A DNA stretch of 64,000 nt from Bythopirellula sp. (GTDB lineage Bacteria; Planctomycetota; Planctomycetia; Pirellulales; Lacipirellulaceae): assembly GCA_965216565.1 (NCBI GenBank), contig OZ244170.1, positions 2,176,001 to 2,240,000 on the forward strand. The letters run 5' to 3'. Below the pieces are notes generated by a model. It was not told the origin of the DNA. It worked only from the letters and a program-made list of their open reading frames with translations, and ran no database searches. Shown here piece after piece: positions 28,562 to 37,196 of the stretch (its first letter is position 1; each line of letters begins with the position of its first letter). The position numbers and the translations under genes are program-made.

Positions 28562-29902
28562 GTGCAACTAGCTCCATTCACCAAAAACAAGTTTTGGCAA
28601 AAGGTGGGGATTGTGTCTCTCGGCACAATCGTGTCGCACGCGCTCATCCTGGTGGCTTCGCCAGTTATTGCACTGCTCTATAGCCCGGCCCAATTTGGCA
28701 CGTACATGCTCTACGGGGCGTTCTTGTCTTTCTTAGCAATTCTCGTGACGTTTCGTTATGAAGTTGCCATCTCTATCTCCAAAGCTGCGCAGGAAGCGCG
28801 ATCGCTTGTGGTGCTTGTGCTACTCTCAGCCTGTACCCTGAGTGCGGTGTTGGCGGTGGCAATTTCGTTGCTGGACCTCTCCGCAATTTTGGCGATGTTC
28901 GATGCCATCGGTCTCAAGAGCGTTCTGTACTTCCTCGTCGCGGGATGTCTCCTCGAGGGGTACTTGCGACCCATGCGAGCGTGGAACATCCGCAGCGGCA
29001 ACATGCCCGCGCTAGCCTATGCGAAGATGACGCAGAGTTTCACGCTAGTCTCGACTCAAGTTGCTTGCAGTATGTTGGGGCACATCGGACTGTTAGTGGG
29101 CGACCTTATTAGCCGATTTGCCGCCGGCTCGATGCACTTGCTGATGGCCAAACGACGCCATGAATGGCCTTTGGAATCACAATCGCTCGATTCCATCACT
29201 AGCGTTGCCAAACGGTATCGCCGCTTTCCCATGTACTCCACATGGGCGACCGTTTGCAATCAGTTCGTCGACTCGGGCCCGTTGCTTCTGTTGGGTGCCC
29301 TGTTCAATCCGGCAATTGCCGGCATGTTCGCGATGGCCCATCGCGCATTGATGGGCCCGCTGCTTGTTTTTAGTACATCAATCACTCAGGTCTATGTCGC
29401 CGAGGCATCGCAAGCGATTCGTGAAGAACCTGAGCGGCTTAAGAAACTCTTCTGGCAAACGTCTGCTAGGCTAGCAGGATTGGGAGTCGTTCCTATCTTG
29501 TGCCTCGCCGGTATGGGGCCGACCCTCTTCGCTTGGTTTTTCGATGCGGGTTGGCAGCAGTCGGGGCAGTTTATGGTGCTTTTGGCCCCCGCGGCTTTGG
29601 GCCAGTTCCTGGTGGGCCCCGTCTACCAAACCCTGGACTTGCTGCAAAAGCAAAAGTGGACGCTGGCACTCAATGGTATCGGACTGGGCGGGGTGACGCT
29701 CGTCTTTTACAGTGCTAGCCACCTGCAATGGTCAGCCGCTAGCACGGTTGGCATCTACAGCGCCTGGGTTTTCGGCTACAACCTCTGCCTATATCTGTGT
29801 GCCGCCTTTGCGGTTCATCGGCACAGCTCCCAACTAAGCCCCGTGAACACAAGTTGCAGTGCAGTCGCTGAAAACAACCCAGGCACTCCCGCAGCAGCCT
29901 AA
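28562..29902 (+). CDS. wzx: Oligosaccharide flippase
   Basis: LYSPAQFG, RYE.AI, RYRRFP, about 12 TM helices. Confidence 0.85.
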   Translation: MQLAPFTKNKFWQKVGIVSLGTIVSHALILVASPVIALLYSPAQFGTYMLYGAFLSFLAILVTFRYEVAISISKAAQEARSLVVLVLLSACTLSAVLAVAISLLDLSAILAMFDAIGLKSVLYFLVAGCLLEGYLRPMRAWNIRSGNMPALAYAKMTQSFTLVSTQVACSMLGHIGLLVGDLISRFAAGSMHLLMAKRRHEWPLESQSLDSITSVAKRYRRFPMYSTWATVCNQFVDSGPLLLLGALFNPAIAGMFAMAHRALMGPLLVFSTSITQVYVAEASQAIREEPERLKKLFWQTSARLAGLGVVPILCLAGMGPTLFAWFFDAGWQQSGQFMVLLAPAALGQFLVGPVYQTLDLLQKQKWTLALNGIGLGGVTLVFYSASHLQWSAASTVGIYSAWVFGYNLCLYLCAAFAVHRHSSQLSPVNTSCSAVAENNPGTPAAA

Positions 29903-29927
29903 ATCCAGTTTCCCATTAGGACTTAAC

Positions 29928-31073
29928 ATGAAGATTGTCTTTTTGCTTGGCACCGATGGCGCGGATGTGCGCAGCATCAAGACTTGCCGTTCGCTGGTGC
30001 GTCTTGGCCACGAAGTCCACTTTGTAGGCTGGAATCGCCGCGAGGAAGCACCGATTTGCCGCGTTGCTGAAGTCAACTTGCACCTGATGCAAATGCCAGT
30101 GCCACACGGCAGGTCGACCGTGTGGGGCCAGCTGAAGTTCGCCGGCTATGCTGCCGGAAGACTCCGTGCGATCCGCCCCGATGTAGTTTGTGCGATCAAC
30201 GAAGACAATGTGCTCCGTGCCGCCCCATTCAAGAGAATATTTTTCGATCGCCTGGTTTGTGATTTTTACGATAGCCACGCTGACCGATTCAGCAACGCAC
30301 CGTTCCCGATTCGCTGGCTCGTAAACGGTGCAAGTAGCTTCTGCAAGTCGATCTCGGATCGATTGACCGTCACAGACACCTATCGCTGGGCACGTCTTGG
30401 CAAGTATCGCAGCAAAGCAACGATCGTTCAAAATGTTCCCGAGGATCCCGGCGAGCAGCTTTCGCTCAATTTCCCGCAAGGCCCCACCAAGATCTTTGTC
30501 ACGGGAGCAATGAGCAAGCGTCGCGGTCTGAAGCAAATCCTAGAGGCAGTTGAGCGATCCCCCGAGGCCACCATTGTTGCTGCCGGGATGCCTAGCGACG
30601 AATTCGCTGCGGAAACATTCATCAAACACCAACGGGTCGACTACCGGGGAGTTGTCACGCCTGCCGAGTCTTTAGAACTCGCCTCTCACTGCGATGCTGT
30701 GTTCGCCTTTTACGAACCCAGTTGCGAGAATCATCTGTTTGCCAGTCCCAACAAATTGTTCGATGGAATGAGCGTGGGACGCCCCGTAATCATCAATTCG
30801 GAAGTCAAGATGTCCGAGCTGGCCGAGCGGCTCACCGTCGGTCTGTTATGCGAGTACAACGATGCCAAAGGACTGCAGGCAATTGTCGAATCGCTGCCGA
30901 ATCGCCGTAGGAACCTGCCAGAATTCGCCGCCACGGCCCGAAAATCATTTCTCGAGGACCACTCTTGGGAAAAGATGGAACTCACGATCGCGGAGCTGTA
31001 CGAGTCGCTAGATGATAGCACTCAAGCGTCGCACTACGAAGCTGCCACGCACCCCGCGCCGCGAGCGGCTTAG
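29928..31073 (+). CDS. Glycosyltransferase family 4
   Basis: GHEVHFV, ASPNKLFDGMSVGRPVI; start taken at ATG 29928. Confidence 0.85.
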   Translation: MKIVFLLGTDGADVRSIKTCRSLVRLGHEVHFVGWNRREEAPICRVAEVNLHLMQMPVPHGRSTVWGQLKFAGYAAGRLRAIRPDVVCAINEDNVLRAAPFKRIFFDRLVCDFYDSHADRFSNAPFPIRWLVNGASSFCKSISDRLTVTDTYRWARLGKYRSKATIVQNVPEDPGEQLSLNFPQGPTKIFVTGAMSKRRGLKQILEAVERSPEATIVAAGMPSDEFAAETFIKHQRVDYRGVVTPAESLELASHCDAVFAFYEPSCENHLFASPNKLFDGMSVGRPVIINSEVKMSELAERLTVGLLCEYNDAKGLQAIVESLPNRRRNLPEFAATARKSFLEDHSWEKMELTIAELYESLDDSTQASHYEAATHPAPRAA

Positions 31074-31253
31074 CGCGGCTAATCTGGGTGACTAACGCTC
31101 ACATTGCTAGCGGTTTGCCCCTAAGTGGCAATGGCTCTCGCGAAGGTGAAAATCTCTCTTTAGCCCTGGGCTCTGCTTTCCTATGATACCGCCCCGCGCC
31201 TCCACCCGTTCGAGGCAATTCTGGAAACGTTTATTCGAAAGACCTCGTCCCTC

Positions 31254-32567
31254 ATGCGAGCCTGGCTACTTAGCATTGGCGAACCGTTGCCCTGCGATGG
31301 CAAAGGCGACCGTCTCTGGCGGACCGGACACCTGGCCAAGGCGCTGGTCAATGCGGGGCACGAAGTGCGTTGGTGGACTTCGACTTTCCACCACAAAGAA
31401 AAAAAGCAACGTGCGAACGAAGATCACACTTGGAGCTTTCTACCAGGTTGCGAACTACAATTACTGCACGCTAATAGTTACCGCAGAAACATCTCGTTTG
31501 CCCGTTACCGAAATCACCGCACCCTTGCCAAACGGTTTCTGCAGCAAGCGAGCGAGCTAGCTCCGCCAGACATTATTGTCAGCTCGCTACCAACGCTCGA
31601 CTTCTGCGCTGCCGCAACTAAGTATGGAAAAGAACATGACGTCCCGGTAGTGATCGATGTCCGGGACTTGTGGCCCGATATCTTTGTTGATTGCTCTCCG
31701 CAACTGATGCGTTCCTCCGCGAGGTTGCTTCTTTCGCCCCTCTTCCGACAAGCGCAGCAAGCATGTGCAGCAGCGACAGGCCTCACCGGCATTACGGATG
31801 CCTTTGTCGATTGGGCGGTGGATAAGGTGGGACGCGAGAGAAATCAATTCGATCAGTCCTTCCCCATGGGATATTCAGAAACCACGCCCAGTTCGGATGA
31901 GATTCAGGCGGCAGAACATTTCTGGGCAGAGCATGGGGTCACTGCGGACAGTAACGAGTTCACCATTTGCTTTTTCGGCACCCTGGGACGTCACTTTGAA
32001 ATCCCGACTGTTTTAGAGGCGGCTCGGAAGTTAGAGCAGATGGGGCGAAATGTTCGTTGGGTCATCTGTGGCACCGGTTCGCATTCCGACACTTGGAAAT
32101 CTCAGGCGAAAGACTTGCAGAGCGTTACATTCCCCGGCTGGGTAAGTGCTGCTCAGATTTGGACCTTAATGCGACTTTCCCAGGCCGCGTTGGCTCCCTA
32201 CGTCAGCACGCACGATTTCGCCCGCAGTCTGCCCAATAAATCAATCGAGTACCTATCGGCCGGCTTACCCATCGTTTCGAGCCTACAGGGAGTCTTAGCC
32301 GATTTGCTCCAAAAATCTGATTGCGGTTGGACGTACCAAAATGGGTCACCCGACCAACTCGTCCAGATCGTCAACCGACTTGTTAACAATCGAGACCAGC
32401 TCGATGCGATGTCTCACAAAGCCCTCACACTTTACCAAGACCGCTTCACTGCCGAAAACGTCTACGCCAAGATGGCCGACCACCTGCAAGCTATCGCAAC
32501 TGCTCACGAATCGAGAAAAAACATCTTCTCCTTGCTCCCTCTCCCCTATGGGGAGAGGGTTGGGTGA
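31254..32567 (+). CDS. Glycosyltransferase family 4 (WbuB-like); last 19 aa come from an inserted palindromic element
   Basis: GHEV, DVRDLWPD, PNKSIEYLSAGLPIV. Confidence 0.87.
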   Translation: MRAWLLSIGEPLPCDGKGDRLWRTGHLAKALVNAGHEVRWWTSTFHHKEKKQRANEDHTWSFLPGCELQLLHANSYRRNISFARYRNHRTLAKRFLQQASELAPPDIIVSSLPTLDFCAAATKYGKEHDVPVVIDVRDLWPDIFVDCSPQLMRSSARLLLSPLFRQAQQACAAATGLTGITDAFVDWAVDKVGRERNQFDQSFPMGYSETTPSSDEIQAAEHFWAEHGVTADSNEFTICFFGTLGRHFEIPTVLEAARKLEQMGRNVRWVICGTGSHSDTWKSQAKDLQSVTFPGWVSAAQIWTLMRLSQAALAPYVSTHDFARSLPNKSIEYLSAGLPIVSSLQGVLADLLQKSDCGWTYQNGSPDQLVQIVNRLVNNRDQLDAMSHKALTLYQDRFTAENVYAKMADHLQAIATAHESRKNIFSLLPLPYGERVG

Positions 32568-32606
32568 GGGGGATTTGCAAATACGGAAGATATTTTTTCT
32601 CGATTC
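32508..32606. mobile_element. 99-bp MITE/REPIN-like palindromic element, copy 1
   Basis: 21-bp terminal IR with 1 mismatch (GAATCGAGAAAAAACATCTTC), inner CCCTCTCCCC-TAT-GGGGAGAGGG hairpin plus GGGTGAGGGG; flanked by AC...AC. Confidence 0.75.
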
Positions 32607-32663
32607 ACAACCATTACATTTCCAATGCCGCTTAACATCAATCAAGGAAGATTGAAGATTAGC

Positions 32664-33566
32664 ATGACTACCAACATTATTTCCGATCCGTATTCGAGTT
32701 CGTCTCTGTTCAAGACCGTAGCCCGAGGTGTGCTCACCGTGTTGAGCCACATCTTGCCCAAGCGTATGTATTACGCGATCTATCAGCCATTATTTCAAGG
32801 CTACCAATGGTTTCTGCGAAACCGTTACAAAGCTGGTATCTCCTCCGCTCGGCGACAGGGCAACCACGCCTTGGTGCAGCGCTGCGAACGTGTGCTTTCA
32901 GTGATGCCTCACTCCCTGATTGGGTCACAGGGGCTGGAACATACACACGACTTGGCTCTCGATTTGGTCGAGAATCGCGTCGCAGGCGCATTCGTCGAGT
33001 GCGGAGTCGCCCAAGGTGGTTGCGCAGCATTGATTGCAATGGTCGCGGACTCCGATTCTGCGAACCGCCATTGCTGGTTCTTCGATTCCTTCGAGGGCCT
33101 GCCCGATCCCACGAGTGACGACTTCGAGGAAGGTCGTACCGGGCGTCACATTCGACCCCTGCCCAAAGGCTCCTGTCTCGGCACTCTAGAACAAGTCTCA
33201 GAGCTGCTGTTCGAAACATTCGGCTTCTCTCGCGAGCGAATCACCTTGGTGAAGGGTTGGTTCCAGGACACAGTCGAAAACCATGCACCCCAAATGGGAT
33301 CGATTGCTTTGTTGCGAATCGATGGCGACTGGTACGACTCGACCATGTGTTGTCTCGAAGCTCTTTACGACCGCGTCAGCCCCGGTGGCCATGTAATCAT
33401 TGACGACTATTTCAGTTGCTACGGTGCGAAAAAGGCAACGGACGAATTCCTGCAGCGACGCGGAGGCGAAGTTCGGCTGGTTTCGGATGGAAGAGGTGGT
33501 TGCTCTTTCCAAAAGCCCGCCTCCCATGCCACACAGCAGACTGAACCGTTGCTTGCCGCCGCGTAA
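32664..33566 (+). CDS. TylF/MycF/NovP-family O-methyltransferase
   Basis: GAFVECGV.QGG, FDSFEGLP, KGWFQDT, LRIDGDWYDST, GG..IIDDY. Confidence 0.9.
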   Translation: MTTNIISDPYSSSSLFKTVARGVLTVLSHILPKRMYYAIYQPLFQGYQWFLRNRYKAGISSARRQGNHALVQRCERVLSVMPHSLIGSQGLEHTHDLALDLVENRVAGAFVECGVAQGGCAALIAMVADSDSANRHCWFFDSFEGLPDPTSDDFEEGRTGRHIRPLPKGSCLGTLEQVSELLFETFGFSRERITLVKGWFQDTVENHAPQMGSIALLRIDGDWYDSTMCCLEALYDRVSPGGHVIIDDYFSCYGAKKATDEFLQRRGGEVRLVSDGRGGCSFQKPASHATQQTEPLLAAA

Positions 33567-33613
33567 GTCAATCGATTCTCGACCGCAGACTTTCGAATCT
33601 CCTGGCGTTGAAT

Positions 33614-34234
33614 ATGTTTACAGATTTCACAAAACGCACGTTCGATATCGCAATGTCAATTGGCGGCTTGCTGGTATTGAGTCCGGCTCTGGCTGTCATT
33701 GCGCTTGCAGTCAAGCTGACCTCTTCTGGTCCAATCGTTTATCGTGGCCTAAGGACTGGGCGCGGTGGAAAGCCTTTTTACATCCTCAAGTTTCGTTCGA
33801 TGGTGCCGGGTGCTGAGGGACTCGGCGGATCGACCACTGGGAAAAACGATCCGCGAGTCACACCCATCGGCAGTCTACTTCGCAAACTAAAGCTGGACGA
33901 ATTGCCACAGCTTGTGAATGTGCTCAAGGGAGAGATGAGCTTTGTCGGCCCTCGCCCAGAAGTGCCCGAGTACACAGATCAGTACAGCACCGAGGAGTCA
34001 CGCATTTTGTCCGTGCGACCGGGAATCACTGACTTCGCCAGTTTGGAATTCAACGACCTTCAGGAAGTAGTCGGTGCGGCAGACCCGGACGAATACTTCC
34101 GTCAGAATGTGCTCGCGAAGAAGAACCAATTGCGGCTGAAATATGTGGACCAGCAATCGATGGGTACCGATACAAAAATCCTGCTTCGCACTCTGGCAGT
34201 AGTTGCCGGCAAGCCTTTTCGGAGGGCTGCGTGA
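33614..34234 (+). CDS. Initiating phosphoglycosyl transferase (bacterial sugar transferase)
   Basis: [44 protein letters not shown]. Confidence 0.92.
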   Translation: MFTDFTKRTFDIAMSIGGLLVLSPALAVIALAVKLTSSGPIVYRGLRTGRGGKPFYILKFRSMVPGAEGLGGSTTGKNDPRVTPIGSLLRKLKLDELPQLVNVLKGEMSFVGPRPEVPEYTDQYSTEESRILSVRPGITDFASLEFNDLQEVVGAADPDEYFRQNVLAKKNQLRLKYVDQQSMGTDTKILLRTLAVVAGKPFRRAA

Positions 34235-35172
34235 TGGAAACCACTCGCTTGGGAAATTCGAGTTTAGAAGTCTCACGCCTTGGGCTCGGAGGTTGCCCGT
34301 TGGGTGGTCACGGCTGGGGAAAAGTCTCCGATTGCGATTCAGTTCGCGCCGTGCAAACAGCGCTGCACACTGGTATCACCTTTTTCGATACCGCGGACGT
34401 CTATGGCCTAGGGCACTCCGAGAAGATTTTGTCGCGCGCCCTAGGACAATTCCGCCATGAGGTAGTAATCGCCACGAAGTTCGGCGTACGGTGGGACGAT
34501 CAGGGACAAATTGTCAAAGACATCAGTCCTGCCTATTTGAGACAAGCACTGGAAGCCAGCCTACAGCGGCTCGACATCGACTCAATACCGCTGTACTACG
34601 TCCACTGGCCCGACGGCAACACACCTGTAGAAGCTGCGATCGAAGAACTAGCCAAATGCCGCAAAGAGGGCAAAATCCAGGCCATCGGCGTCTCCAACTT
34701 CTCGGTGGATGAACTAAGACGAGCCAGCGCTATCACCGACATTGCCTGCATTCAATTGCAGTTGAGTTTGCTCAATCGCAACGCGTTGAGTTACCAAGAT
34801 GTCTTGGCAGAAACGAATACGTCGCTCATCACTTGGGGCTCACTCGCCCAAGGCCTACTAAGCGGAAAATACAATGCCGATTCTCTGTTTGAATCTGGGG
34901 ACCGCCGTAACCGTTATGAAGATTTCTCTGACGAGAAACTGAAAGAGAATCTCAAGGTAGTAGAGATCGTCAAGCAAGTTGCGGACCGCAAGAAGAAAAC
35001 TCCATCACAAGTCGCGATCCGCTGGCTGCTCGATTCGCCAGCAGTTGGCTCCGTACTTTTTGGTGCGAAGACCTGCCAGCAGGTGCTCGACAACGTCAGT
35101 GCCGACGGCTGGAGCCTGACGCCGCAGGAGCACGCATTGCTCAGAGAAACCACAAAACTAGTCGCCGCCTAG
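34231..35172 (+). CDS. Aldo/keto reductase
   Basis: LGLG, FDTADVYG, IATKFG, SLQRL, HWPD, IGVSNF. Confidence 0.92.
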   Translation: MMETTRLGNSSLEVSRLGLGGCPLGGHGWGKVSDCDSVRAVQTALHTGITFFDTADVYGLGHSEKILSRALGQFRHEVVIATKFGVRWDDQGQIVKDISPAYLRQALEASLQRLDIDSIPLYYVHWPDGNTPVEAAIEELAKCRKEGKIQAIGVSNFSVDELRRASAITDIACIQLQLSLLNRNALSYQDVLAETNTSLITWGSLAQGLLSGKYNADSLFESGDRRNRYEDFSDEKLKENLKVVEIVKQVADRKKKTPSQVAIRWLLDSPAVGSVLFGAKTCQQVLDNVSADGWSLTPQEHALLRETTKLVAA

Positions 35173-35270
35173 GAATCGAAGAAAAACAACTTCTCCTCAA
35201 ATCCCTCGCCCCTATGGGGAGAGGCTAGGTGAGGGGACAAAAGACATTGAAGTTGTTTTTCTTCGATTCC
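35172..35270. mobile_element. MITE/REPIN-like palindromic element, copy 2
   Basis: Perfect 22-bp IR GGAATCGAAGAAAAACAACTTC, inner CCTCGCCCC-TAT-GGGGAGAGG plus GGTGAGGGG. Confidence 0.75.
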
Positions 35271-35291
35271 GAACTACCACTTCCAAGAATC

Positions 35292-36116
35292 ATGACAAAA
35301 TCCACCCGCAACACCCAAGAGCTAGCCCAGCAAATTCGCCTGCACGTGCTGCAGATGACGAGCACGGGAGGCAGTTCGCACATTGGCTCATGTCTCTCGA
35401 TCGCCGACCTACTCGCTGTCCTGTATGGCCAAGTGCTCAACGTAGATTCTGAGAACCCCGCTTGGGACGATCGTGATCGTTTCATTCTTAGCAAGGGGCA
35501 CGCCGGCGCCGCCGTTTATGCGACTCTCGCGGAGTCTGGATTCTTCCCCGTCGAAAAACTAAAGACACATTACCAGGACGGTTCCGATTTGAGTGGCCAC
35601 GTCTCGCACAAAGGTATTCCCGGTGTGGAACTTTCCACCGGCTCGCTCGGTCACGGGCTCTCGGTGGGAGTTGGCATGGCCTATGCCGCCAAGCTCAAAC
35701 GTCGCTCGCACCGCGTGTTCGTCTTGATGAGCGATGGCGAATGCGACGAAGGCTCGAACTGGGAAGCCATGATGTTCGCCGCCCACCATGGACTCGATAA
35801 TGTGGTCGCTGTGATCGACTACAACAAACTGCAAAGCCTCGACACTGTAGAGAACACCCTGCGGCTTGAACCCTTTGCCAGCAAACTGGAGAGCTTTGGT
35901 TGGGCTGTTGTCGAATCCAATGGCCACGATCACAACCAACTCTCTGAGGCATTCTCCGCTTTGCCGGCTAAACCTGGCAAACCAACTTGCGTCATCGCCC
36001 ATACCACCAAGGGCAAAGGCGTTTCGTTTATGGAAGACAGCGTCCTCTGGCATTACCGGACTGCCCGCGGGGAAGAGTACTCAGCCGCCTTGGCAGAATT
36101 GGAGCAAACGGTATGA
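35292..36116 (+). CDS. Transketolase, N-terminal (TPP-binding) subunit
   Basis: RDRFILSKGH, STGSLGHGL, SDGECDEGSNWEA...DYN, KGKG. Confidence 0.92.
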   Translation: MTKSTRNTQELAQQIRLHVLQMTSTGGSSHIGSCLSIADLLAVLYGQVLNVDSENPAWDDRDRFILSKGHAGAAVYATLAESGFFPVEKLKTHYQDGSDLSGHVSHKGIPGVELSTGSLGHGLSVGVGMAYAAKLKRRSHRVFVLMSDGECDEGSNWEAMMFAAHHGLDNVVAVIDYNKLQSLDTVENTLRLEPFASKLESFGWAVVESNGHDHNQLSEAFSALPAKPGKPTCVIAHTTKGKGVSFMEDSVLWHYRTARGEEYSAALAELEQTV

Positions 36117-37075
36117 GAGACGAATTCATCAAGCGCCTAGGCGAAATGGCCGCCGTCGATCCCCGCGTGATGCTGATTACCGGCGACCTGGGATTTGGCG
36201 TGTTCAACGATTACCGCCGGGATTATCCCGAACAGTTCATCAACGTCGGCATAGCCGAGCAGAACATGATCGGTCTCGCCACAGGCTTGGCTCTCGAAGG
36301 GCACATCGTCTACACCTACTCGATTGCCAACTTCTCATTCATGCGTTGCCTGGAGCAAATCCGCAACGACGCCGCCTACCATGATCTAAACGTCAATGTC
36401 GTTTGCATTGGCGGTGGGTTTAGTTACGGCCAATTGGGAATTTCTCACCACGCGACCGAAGACATCTCGATCATGCGATCGTTGCCCGAGGTGACTGTGG
36501 TTTCGCCGACCGATAAGTGGGAGGCCGCCGAGGCGACCGAGGCGCTTGCCAACAGGGCAGGGGTGGGCTATCTCCGGCTCGATAAATCAGCGGCCGACGT
36601 CTCGCACTCGGACGACGAACAATTCGAACTAGGCAAAATCCGCACCATTACCGAGGGCCAAGATGTCACACTGCTGGCCACCGGCGGAATCCTGGGCGAA
36701 GTCACACAAGCGGCCACCGCGTTGGAATCCCAAGGTATCTCTTGCCGTGTTCTTAGCGTGAATACGATCAAACCCCTCGATGCGAATACCATTCTTCGTG
36801 CCGCGAAAGAAACCGACGGCATCGTCACTATCGAAGAGCATACCGTGCATGGCGGGTTGGGCAGCGCCGTGGGCGAAGTGCTTCTCGATCACGGAGCCGC
36901 TCCCAAACGCTTCCTGCGGCTCGGATTAAGCGGCGGTTTCTCTTCGGTCGTCGGCAGCCAACAATACTTGCGTAAGCAGTATCATCTAGACGCGATTTCG
37001 ATTGCGGAACGGGTGACCAATCTCTTCAACCAGAGTGAGAAAAAATCTCGACTCCGTCTGCTGAATGCAGCTTGA
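36113..37075 (+). CDS. Transketolase, C-terminal subunit
   Basis: NVGIAEQNM, EQIRND, SHH..ED, EEH...GGLGS; ATGA overlap with the upstream subunit. Confidence 0.92.
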   Translation: MRDEFIKRLGEMAAVDPRVMLITGDLGFGVFNDYRRDYPEQFINVGIAEQNMIGLATGLALEGHIVYTYSIANFSFMRCLEQIRNDAAYHDLNVNVVCIGGGFSYGQLGISHHATEDISIMRSLPEVTVVSPTDKWEAAEATEALANRAGVGYLRLDKSAADVSHSDDEQFELGKIRTITEGQDVTLLATGGILGEVTQAATALESQGISCRVLSVNTIKPLDANTILRAAKETDGIVTIEEHTVHGGLGSAVGEVLLDHGAAPKRFLRLGLSGGFSSVVGSQQYLRKQYHLDAISIAERVTNLFNQSEKKSRLRLLNAA

Positions 37076-37196
37076 GAACGATTTATTCAAGATAAATCAA
37101 TAGCCGGACTGCCACGCAGTCCGCCGAATCCGAAGGCAAGTGTGCCCCCGTCTAGCCTGCGAGGGCATTCGCTTCGCCCGCAAGTAACTCTAAACC

